From: Chryseobacterium indologenes
GTDB taxonomy: Bacteria > Bacteroidota > Bacteroidia > Flavobacteriales > Weeksellaceae
Direction: 5' to 3'
Assembly (NCBI GenBank): GCA_002439165.1
Contig: DJTE01000011.1
Location: 87,297-151,296, forward strand
DNA length: 64,000 nucleotides
Positions within the stretch are counted from its first letter, which is position 1, and the number at the start of each line of letters is the position of its first letter. This document shows positions 28,537 through 36,480 of the stretch, in pieces. The notes beneath the pieces were generated by a model. It had not been told where the DNA came from. It made no database searches and saw only the letters and a list, made by a program, of their open reading frames with translations. Position numbers and translations under genes: made by a program.

Positions 28537-29370
28537 ATGAAGATTTTTAAAATTTTAGCAGTTTCTGCAATGGCGCTGGGATTGACATCTTGTGTCAGCA
28601 AAAAACAGTATGACGCTTTGAGCACAAACTATAAGCAGTGTATTGAAAATATTGGTGAAAGACAAAGAGAAATCCAGGATTTAAAGTCTCAGAATTCAGC
28701 ATTGGCCGGTGAAAACAATCTGTTGAAAAGCCAGCACGATGCTTTAAAATCATCTTTGGATGCCTGTCTTTCCAATACAGGAAAAAGTTCAGCTAATATT
28801 GATAAACTGGTGGGAGAAATCAATGCCTCCAACTCTTATATCAAGCAGCTGATCTCCAGCAATGCGAAGAACGACAGTCTGAATCTTGCATTATCCAACA
28901 AGCTGAAAAGATCTCTGGATAACGTAGCGGATGATGATGTACAGGTAAAAGTTCTGAAAGGGGTGGTAATGATCTCACTTTCGGATAAAATGTTATATAA
29001 AACAGGAGATTACAATGTATTGCCGGCAGCTCAGGAAGTGCTTGGAAAAGTGGCAAAAGTAATCAATGATTACGATAAATATTCCGTATTGATTGAAGGT
29101 AACACAGATAATGCACCTTTGAACTCTCCTAATCTGCCAAAAGACAACTGGGATCTTTCCGCACTGAGAGGTACGGCCATTGCGAAAGTATTGCAGACGC
29201 AGTTTGGAGTAGATCCTGCAAGAATTACCGCGGGAGGACGTTCTGAATACAATCCTAAAGCAACCAACATGAGTGTTTCGGGAAGAGCGGAGAACAGAAG
29301 AACAGAAATCATCATTATGCCTAAGCTTGATGAGTTTATGAAACTGATGGATATTGCTCCTAAGAAATAA
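28537..29370 (+). CDS. OmpA-family lipoprotein with coiled-coil N-terminal half (MotB-like annotation class)
   Basis: Lipobox LGLTSC, coiled-coil region, and a C-terminal OmpA-like domain (IEGNTDN...LSALRGTAIAKVL...GRAENRRTEI). Confidence 0.85.
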   Translation: MKIFKILAVSAMALGLTSCVSKKQYDALSTNYKQCIENIGERQREIQDLKSQNSALAGENNLLKSQHDALKSSLDACLSNTGKSSANIDKLVGEINASNSYIKQLISSNAKNDSLNLALSNKLKRSLDNVADDDVQVKVLKGVVMISLSDKMLYKTGDYNVLPAAQEVLGKVAKVINDYDKYSVLIEGNTDNAPLNSPNLPKDNWDLSALRGTAIAKVLQTQFGVDPARITAGGRSEYNPKATNMSVSGRAENRRTEIIIMPKLDEFMKLMDIAPKK

Positions 29371-29390
29371 TACAGATAACTTATAAATAA

Positions 29391-29427
29391 AAACAGATCC
29401 TGAAGAAATTCGGGATCTGTTTTTTTA
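29391..29427. terminator. bidirectional rho-independent terminator
   Basis: Stem ACAGATCC/GGATCTGT (29393-29400 / 29413-29420) with A5 on the left and T7 on the right. It lies between the ompA-like gene (+) and the candidate 51-aa ORF (-). Confidence 0.7.
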
Positions 29428-29428
29428 A

Positions 29429-29584
29429 TCAAATTAATTCTTCTTTTTTCAATAATGAGATAATTCGCTGTAAAAATGAGCTGGATATTTCGGTTTTAGT
29501 TTTTCTTAACGAAGAAACCGCTCTGCTGTCTGGCTTTGCGGTCTTCTGATTCTCCTGGTTAATTTGTTTTTCAGCCACATTCAT
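29429..29584 (-). CDS. candidate small protein (51 aa), unannotated and below the ORF-track cutoff
   Basis: Own codon-by-codon translation gives MNVAEKQINQENQKTAKPDSRAVSSLRKTKTEISSSFLQRIISLLKKEELI. An exact -7 box TACATTTG lies at 29622-29629 (minus), 37 nt upstream of the ATG, and the stop abuts the bidirectional terminator. No homology evidence. Confidence 0.3.
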   Translation of the reverse strand: MNVAEKQINQENQKTAKPDSRAVSSLRKTKTEISSSFLQRIISLLKKEELI

Positions 29585-29909
29585 TGTTTTTTCCTTTAGT
29601 GTTTTTACCCTTTGTTCTCTGCAAATGTATAGCTATTATCAATATCAGGGTATCCGTGTTTTTACGGTATTTTGCATTGAATGTATTTTTTTTTTCCAAT
29701 GATGGATTTAGGTACTAACCTCAGTCCGGGATAAGAATATCCGATAGATTCATAGAATTGAATACGTTGTCTAAAAGCAAGCTCCGTAGGAGCGGCCTGA
29801 TAATCATATTGGTTATTACCTCACGCTCCTGGAGCTTCAATACTCATTCAGGTTAATTAGGGACTTTCCTTATATTTTAAGTACATTTGAATAACAAAAA
29901 AATTGCAGC

Positions 29910-30557
29910 ATGAGCTTTTTCGAAGAAAAGAATCCTGAAATGGACAGGTATCTGGAAACCCACGCTTCCTCAGAACCTGAAATCTTGAAAAAATTGAGAA
30001 GAGAGACCTATCAGAAAACCACCCAGCCGCATATGATTTCCGGTTATCAGCAGGGAAGGCTTTTAACGATTGTTTCTCAGATGATACGTCCTGAAAATGT
30101 ACTTGAGATAGGAACTTTTACGGGGTATGCTACATTATGCCTGGCTGCCGGACTCGCCAGAGATGGGAAGATAACAACGCTGGATGTAAACGAAGATCTG
30201 GCCTATCTGCCAAAAAAATACTTTGAAAACAGCGAATATGCAGCACAGATTACCTTCAGGCTTCAGGATGCCAAAGAATTTCTGAAAGAAACAGACGAAT
30301 TTTTTGATCTTGTTTTTATTGACGCTGATAAAGAAAACTATGCCGAATATTTCAGACTGATCAAGCCCAGAACGAAATCAGGCTCGGTAGTGATGTTTGA
30401 TAATGTCTTATGGTATGGAAAAGTGCTGGAGGAAAATCCTAAACAGAAATCCACACAGGCCATTAAAGAACTGAATGATTTAATCGCAAAAGATGACGAT
30501 TTTGAAAATCTTATTTTACCTTTGCGGGATGGAGTAAACTTCCTTCGCAGGAAGTAA
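29910..30557 (+). CDS. class I SAM-dependent O-methyltransferase (caffeoyl-CoA OMT-like, family 3)
   Basis: VLEIGTFTGYATLCLA SAM motif, FDLVFIDADKENY, ~215 aa. Confidence 0.8.
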   Translation: MSFFEEKNPEMDRYLETHASSEPEILKKLRRETYQKTTQPHMISGYQQGRLLTIVSQMIRPENVLEIGTFTGYATLCLAAGLARDGKITTLDVNEDLAYLPKKYFENSEYAAQITFRLQDAKEFLKETDEFFDLVFIDADKENYAEYFRLIKPRTKSGSVVMFDNVLWYGKVLEENPKQKSTQAIKELNDLIAKDDDFENLILPLRDGVNFLRRK

Positions 30558-30614
30558 TTAAAGATATGACACCGAAAAATTCAGAGCTGAATTTTTCGGC
30601 TTCCTAACTTCTAA

Positions 30615-31340
30615 ATGAATAAAATGAACAAAGGAATTTGTATAGTCACGGTAGCACCGGTACGGGCAGAAGGTTCGGATAAAGCGGAAATTGTTACAGA
30701 AATATTGTTTGGAGAAAGTGCAGACATTCTTGAAGTAAATAAAAACTGGACCAGAATAAAGATGCATTACGATGGCTATGAAGGATGGATGGATACCAAA
30801 CAGCTGAAACCTGTTACCGGTGAAGAGCTGGAAAAAAGGAAAATTACAGTCGTTACTGAAGATTTTTCTTCCGTGCTGATGAATGACGGAAAAACACTTC
30901 TCTCTATGGGGTCCGAAGTGGAATTTCCTGTGGTTGCATCAAGAAGAAGTCACGATCTGCGCGAAAGTATAGCCCTGGCTGCTAAAGAGTTTCTCAATGT
31001 TCCATACCTGTGGGGTGGGAAAAGCTTTTTTGCCGTAGATTGCTCCGGCTTTACACAGCTGGTCTATAAAATTCACGGAATTAAACTTCCGAGAGATACT
31101 TATCAGCAGGCAGAAGCAGGCGTTCCTTTAAACTTTGTTGAAGAAAGTCAGCCAGGAGATTTGGCCTTTTTTGAAAACCCTGAAGGGAAAATTATCCATG
31201 TGGGGATCATGCTGGATAACCAGAGAATTATCCACGCTTCAGGAAAAGTAAGAATTGATATTCTGGATTCTACCGGAATCTTCAATAAGGAAATGAATAA
31301 GCACACTCACAAACTGAGGGTGATTAAAAATGTTCTTTAG
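30615..31340 (+). CDS. NlpC/P60 (C40) peptidase with N-terminal SH3-like domain
   Basis: Catalytic Cys context GGKSFFAVDCSGFTQLVYK and His in IIHVGIM...IIHAS. Confidence 0.85.
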   Translation: MNKMNKGICIVTVAPVRAEGSDKAEIVTEILFGESADILEVNKNWTRIKMHYDGYEGWMDTKQLKPVTGEELEKRKITVVTEDFSSVLMNDGKTLLSMGSEVEFPVVASRRSHDLRESIALAAKEFLNVPYLWGGKSFFAVDCSGFTQLVYKIHGIKLPRDTYQQAEAGVPLNFVEESQPGDLAFFENPEGKIIHVGIMLDNQRIIHASGKVRIDILDSTGIFNKEMNKHTHKLRVIKNVL

Positions 31341-31359
31341 GCTTTAAAACCAGTCTGGG

Positions 31360-31827
31360 ATGGAAAATATTTTACTGACCGCTTTTGATCTTTTAAATTT
31401 AGGAATGTTGATCTTCTTCTGGAGATTTACCCTGAGATATTATAAGGCACTTCCTGAGAAAATTCCTGTTCACTTCGATTTTTATGGAAAAGCCGATCAT
31501 TTCGGAAACAGAAAGTTTTCCTTTTTTATGCCGGCTTTTATAACGGTATTATTTGGAGTGCTTACTGTTGTATTAAGGTTTGAAAATACAGTTAATTTTC
31601 CGGTAGAAATTACCGAACAGAATAAAGACTCCCAGTTTCTGATCATGGAAATCTTTGTTCGATGGATGATTACTTTGGCCATACTGATCTGTATGAATCT
31701 CCAGGATTATATGTTCCGCTATACCTTTGATGAAAACGTAAAGCCGAGGGTTCCTTTCGGAGGAGCGATGCTGGCTGTTTTTGGAAGTATGATCACCATA
31801 TTTGTTTTTATTGGTCTGTTTAAATGA
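31360..31827 (+). CDS. DUF1648-like integral membrane protein
   Basis: Four predicted TM helices and a LPEKIPVHFDFYGKADHFG motif resembling DUF1648. Confidence 0.5.
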   Translation: MENILLTAFDLLNLGMLIFFWRFTLRYYKALPEKIPVHFDFYGKADHFGNRKFSFFMPAFITVLFGVLTVVLRFENTVNFPVEITEQNKDSQFLIMEIFVRWMITLAILICMNLQDYMFRYTFDENVKPRVPFGGAMLAVFGSMITIFVFIGLFK

Positions 31828-31871
31828 AGTCCTTCAATTATCATAAAGCTAAATCTGAAAAATAACCCCCG

Positions 31872-33104
31872 ATGTCTTTTCTTTATAATCTTTTCGTCAG
31901 TCTTCTCATTTTCGGAATGAAGATTTTCGCATTGTTTAATGATAAAACTAAAAAAGGAGTTGAAGGGAGAAAAGAATCTCTGAATAAAGTGAAAAGTGCT
32001 TTTTCAGCTTCCGATAAAACTATCTGGATGCATGCCGCCAGTCTGGGAGAATATGAACAGGGACTGCCGGTGTTGGAAAAACTGAAAGAGAAATATCCCC
32101 GTCATAAAATTCTGGTAACCTTCTTTTCACCTTCGGGATATGAGAATGTGATTAAGAAGAAACATATCGCGGATGTAATCTGCTATCTTCCTTTTGATAA
32201 GAAAAATATTGTAAAAGACTTTGTATCAGGTATTAATGTTGAACTATTTTTTACGGTGAAGTATGATTACTGGTACAATCTCCTGGCTGAACTTAAAAAT
32301 AAAGGCACTACCATCTATGTTGTTTCTGCCTTGTTTTATGAAAGCCAGTCGTTCTTCACGTCGTATGGAAAATGGTTTGTAAAGCAGCTTCAGAAAAATA
32401 TCGATTGGTTTTTTCATCAGACTCCGTTTTCTATGGCACTTGCCAAAAGTGTAGGACTTACCAATTCTTCGGTAGCGGGTGACACGCGGTTTGATCGTGT
32501 AAAACAGCTTAGAATGCGTGATAACCATGTAGAATATATCAACAAATTTATCGATGGTAAACAAACCGTGGTTTTTGGAAGCAGCTGGCAGGCCGAAGAG
32601 AAGATTGCAGCAACAGTTTTTAGGAAAAATGCGGACCTGAAATTAATTATAGCCCCTCATGATCTGAAAAGAGTTGAGCATTTAAAAAGCATCTTCCCTG
32701 ATGCTTTGGTATACAGTGAAATTAACAATGCAGAAGCAGCTGTAAAAGAATCTCAGATTTTAATTATAGACAGCATCGGATTGTTGTCAAAACTTTATTC
32801 CTATGCAGATATAGCTGTGGTAGGCGGAGGTTTCCATGATGCAGGGCTTCACAATATTCTCGAAGCAGCAACATTTGGAGTTCCGGTAGTTTTTGGAAAT
32901 CACTACAAAAAAAATCCCGAAGCAGATGATCTGATTACCGCGGAAGGCGGAAGATCCTTTTCTGAGGAAAATGCTGCCGCTGAATTTGTTCTATTTCTCC
33001 TCAATAACAGAGAAGAACTGGAAACAATGTCCCAAAATGCAGGCAGATTTATAGACGGGAAACCGAACTCCACAGAACTTATTCTCCGGAAAATTTTATT
33101 TTAA
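31872..33104 (+). CDS. waaA: 3-deoxy-D-manno-octulosonic acid (Kdo) transferase
   Basis: WMHAASLGEYEQGLPVLEKLK and GGGFHDAGLHNILEAATFGVPVVFG, as in KdtA/WaaA. Confidence 0.85.
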   Translation: MSFLYNLFVSLLIFGMKIFALFNDKTKKGVEGRKESLNKVKSAFSASDKTIWMHAASLGEYEQGLPVLEKLKEKYPRHKILVTFFSPSGYENVIKKKHIADVICYLPFDKKNIVKDFVSGINVELFFTVKYDYWYNLLAELKNKGTTIYVVSALFYESQSFFTSYGKWFVKQLQKNIDWFFHQTPFSMALAKSVGLTNSSVAGDTRFDRVKQLRMRDNHVEYINKFIDGKQTVVFGSSWQAEEKIAATVFRKNADLKLIIAPHDLKRVEHLKSIFPDALVYSEINNAEAAVKESQILIIDSIGLLSKLYSYADIAVVGGGFHDAGLHNILEAATFGVPVVFGNHYKKNPEADDLITAEGGRSFSEENAAAEFVLFLLNNREELETMSQNAGRFIDGKPNSTELILRKILF

Positions 33105-33725
33105 AAATCCCTGGCTTTTGATCCCTTTCATGATCTGTTCAATATTTTCCGGAATATCCTCACAGCTTCGGAGCCAGTTCATATCCACGCCGTTGTTGGT
33201 AGATAATTTCAGCAGATAATGGTTTTCTTCTATACCGGATCGGGCTGTTCTCAGGAAGTCATCAATTTCCAGCCAGTAATCTTCATCCAGTTTTTTGGCA
33301 AGGATCAGGGCTTTAAATACTTTATTGATGATATAAAGGTATAATTTGTACACATGGTCAAATCTTTGCCTGCTGAGGTCGCTGTTGTATTCTAAAATTT
33401 TGTTGATCAGAAGCAGGTTAAGCGAAACATCCCCGAATTTGTCGGTGGTTATTTTTACATGCTCAGTGATCTCTGCGCTTATTTTCCGGATGACGCTCAG
33501 AAAATATTTGGAATTGCCGATGTATTTGGAAGCCAGAAGCACCTTTTCTGAAACATTTTCTTCCATGGCATTCCTTTTATCATCCGTAGTTTCAGGATCA
33601 ATCAGTTCAAAATATAATTTTTTAGACAGGAGCTTGTCTTTCTTCAGCAATCTGAAAATAAGCCTGTCCTTTTCTATATTTGAAAAAGCACTCAGTGCCG
33701 CTTTGAATTCTTTTGAATACTCCAT
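33096..33725 (-). CDS. hypothetical helical protein
   Basis: 209-aa ORF with clean coding character. It has an ATGA-type overlap with the upstream GT2 gene and converges on waaA with a 9-nt overlap. No recognisable motif. Confidence 0.55.
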   Translation of the reverse strand: MEYSKEFKAALSAFSNIEKDRLIFRLLKKDKLLSKKLYFELIDPETTDDKRNAMEENVSEKVLLASKYIGNSKYFLSVIRKISAEITEHVKITTDKFGDVSLNLLLINKILEYNSDLSRQRFDHVYKLYLYIINKVFKALILAKKLDEDYWLEIDDFLRTARSGIEENHYLLKLSTNNGVDMNWLRSCEDIPENIEQIMKGIKSQGFLK

Positions 33726-34501
33726 CAGTTGAAAATTTTAGAATATTTAAGGAACCCGTTCACAGCCCAGTTGGCGGTATAATAAAGTGATTTTATGGTA
33801 GAGAATTCCATGAAATCTTTATACACAAGATACTGATCGATGATGATGTTTTTTTTCTTTCTGGAAACGCTGTTTTCACGCATTCTGTATTTGGCCAGCG
33901 TCTTTTTTACAGGCATTCCTTCCGGGATTACTTTTAAAAGGTTCAGCCACATCACATGATCTTCCCGTTTGCTTTTAATAGGAAAGAAAAATTTACCGAC
34001 CCTCCGGGTGTCATACATCGTGGAAACCGGAGCCAGCCTGCAGGTTTTCAGAAGATTGGAGAACGTAACGATTTTGTCTGCTTCAAAATCTTTAAGAACA
34101 GGCTCAAGCTGCTCATTGCATCTTGAATAATTACAGTATACCAGTTCCGCATGATGTTCCTGCATATAACCTGTCATGGTTTCCAGATATTCAGGATGCC
34201 AGTAGTCATCGGAGTCCAGGAAGGCAATATATCTTCCTCCGGCTCTTTCAAGGCTTTTATTTCTCGCGTTTCCGGCACCTCCGTTTTTCTCAAGCGTCTC
34301 AAGTTTTATTCTGGGATCATTGTATTTTCTGATGATCTCAACGGTATTGTCTTTGGAAAGATCGTCGGTAATCAGCCATTCCCAGTTCTGATAGGTTTGG
34401 TTAAGAACAGACTGTATCGTTTCTTCGATAAATTCTGCAGAATTGTAGCAGGGAGTAATAATAGAGACCAGGTCTTGCATTTGTGTCGTTATATCTTTCA
34501 A
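33725..34501 (-). CDS. glycosyltransferase family 2
   Basis: VSIITPCYNSAEFIEETIQSVLNQTY and FLDSDDYW (DxD). Confidence 0.85.
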   Translation of the reverse strand: MKDITTQMQDLVSIITPCYNSAEFIEETIQSVLNQTYQNWEWLITDDLSKDNTVEIIRKYNDPRIKLETLEKNGGAGNARNKSLERAGGRYIAFLDSDDYWHPEYLETMTGYMQEHHAELVYCNYSRCNEQLEPVLKDFEADKIVTFSNLLKTCRLAPVSTMYDTRRVGKFFFPIKSKREDHVMWLNLLKVIPEGMPVKKTLAKYRMRENSVSRKKKNIIIDQYLVYKDFMEFSTIKSLYYTANWAVNGFLKYSKIFN

Positions 34502-34503
34502 AA

Positions 34504-35481
34504 TTATAAAAATTTCTTTTCATACAGATGCCATGAAGCAATTCCTGCTCCAATTACGACGAACATGCATACAAAACTCATCATATACGGATTGTAATCG
34601 GCAAAAAGCCCCGTTGTCTGAAATGTTCTGATAATCGGGAAATGAAATATATAGATTCCATAGGTGAAATCCCCGTACTTGCCGAAATTATTCAGGAATT
34701 TAAAAGAGTAGGCGATATACAGAACAATAATACTGATCATGATAGGAGAGAACAGCTTTATTTTGAAATAAAGATCGATCCATACCGTGATTATGGCAAT
34801 GATGAAGAGAGTGTTTTTATGTTTGATAAACTGATCAAAATTGAAATAAATCAGCATTCCCCCGATAAAATAGCACAGTGATCCCGGTAGCTGCTTGGCC
34901 ATTGAAATTTTCCCCGCCATTTCAAAATAATTGAGATAAATGAGCGAAAGAAAATACAGGACCATCAGACTGGTATTTCTGTATTTATTATTTTTTCCGA
35001 AGAGTAAAAACATCAGGGGAACAGCGATGTAAAAGCACATTTCTATTTTCATCGTCCATAATGCTCCGTTTACAGCCTGGTTGCCGAATACCCCCGGAAG
35101 CCAGGGAGCTTTGAAATTCAGGAAAAGAGAATTCCAGAACAAATATTTATAAACCTGTGTATTACCGAAATATTCCGAAAAAGAAAGAGTGCTTACCAGA
35201 CTGAGCAGGATAGCACAGAGAAATACAACCAACAGGTAGGCGGGAACAATCCTGTTGAATCTTTTTTTAGCGTAACTTTTAAGGCTGGATGACCTTTCAT
35301 AGCTTCGCGCGATTAAAAATCCACTGACCACAAAAAACGAAAAAACAGCAATTTCTACGGGGCTGTTTTCTAAAACAGCAAGCTCTTTGGAGAAGCTTAA
35401 TGCTCCCAGATGTCCTACAAAGACAATGAAAGCGAGGAGAACACGTATGAAGTCAAAATTGTTTTTCGTTATGTTTTGCAT
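34504..35481 (-). CDS. acyltransferase family 3 (membrane O-acyltransferase)
   Basis: Ten or more TM helices and the N-terminal FDFIRVLLAFIVFVGH motif typical of AT3. Confidence 0.8.
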   Translation of the reverse strand: MQNITKNNFDFIRVLLAFIVFVGHLGALSFSKELAVLENSPVEIAVFSFFVVSGFLIARSYERSSSLKSYAKKRFNRIVPAYLLVVFLCAILLSLVSTLSFSEYFGNTQVYKYLFWNSLFLNFKAPWLPGVFGNQAVNGALWTMKIEMCFYIAVPLMFLLFGKNNKYRNTSLMVLYFLSLIYLNYFEMAGKISMAKQLPGSLCYFIGGMLIYFNFDQFIKHKNTLFIIAIITVWIDLYFKIKLFSPIMISIIVLYIAYSFKFLNNFGKYGDFTYGIYIFHFPIIRTFQTTGLFADYNPYMMSFVCMFVVIGAGIASWHLYEKKFL

Positions 35482-35679
35482 TTTTTTTCTTTGCTACAAA
35501 AATAACTTTTTTAATAAAATAAAGGCGTTTCAGCGGGTTCAATATTTATTAAATAAGGCGGTTTTTGCGCTGTACGGTTCCAAAATTGGCAGAAATATGG
35601 ATTTGTAAAATAATTTTTCACAAAAAATAGTAATATAAATCAAAAAAATTATAATTTTAGCGCTTGAAAATTTGAGTAT

Positions 35680-36156
35680 ATGAAGAAATTAGCATTACTA
35701 TTTGCAGGTTTATCATTATTTGTAGCTACTGGATGTAATGACAACAACGATAATGAAATGGAATATCCGCTGGTAGGCGTATGGCAGCCATACAAAGAAG
35801 TTGTTACAACCATAGAGACAGGAGAAACTCCGGTTTCAGACGAGATCACCTACACCACCTGTCAGAAAGATTCCAGATGGAGATTCAACACAGAAACTGT
35901 CGGTAAGAGAACAGAGTGGGGAGATTCTGCAACTCCGGGGACGTGTGCTATATCATCAGACCGTAATTTTACGTATACCTATGATAAAGCTGCCAAAACA
36001 GTGATCATCAAATACCAGGGAACCGTGGAACCTGATAACGGAAAAATCGTTACCCTTAATGACACCACCCTGAACCTTGCTATAAGAGTAAATACGGAAA
36101 ATCCTAATGTATTTAAGACGATAACATATACTATGAAGAGAATTCCTCAACCATAA
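35680..36156 (+). CDS. lipocalin-like lipoprotein
   Basis: Lipobox VATGC, a small all-beta-like sequence, and GVWQPYKEV as in Bacteroidota lipocalin-like proteins. Confidence 0.5.
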   Translation: MKKLALLFAGLSLFVATGCNDNNDNEMEYPLVGVWQPYKEVVTTIETGETPVSDEITYTTCQKDSRWRFNTETVGKRTEWGDSATPGTCAISSDRNFTYTYDKAAKTVIIKYQGTVEPDNGKIVTLNDTTLNLAIRVNTENPNVFKTITYTMKRIPQP

Positions 36157-36480
36157 TATATTGACTACCATATAATAAAAGATCTCATCTCCGGATGGGA
36201 TTTTTTTATTTCATAACGGAACATATTATCAGCCGTTAATTTCTGCCATACTATAAAAATCAATCACACGAAAGGTTATTCAGGCCAGATATTTTCCAGT
36301 GCCAGTACTTTCTATCTTTTACGGTTGAATTTCAGCTCACAAACAGGGGCTGCATGTCTCTCCGGCAATTAATTGAAAATTAAATTCCCATTTGCTTTAA
36401 AATCATTATTTTTGTGAATCCCGATTTCGGATATTTTAATTTCCGGAATCAGGTGTTTAACATCTAATATCTATAATAAA

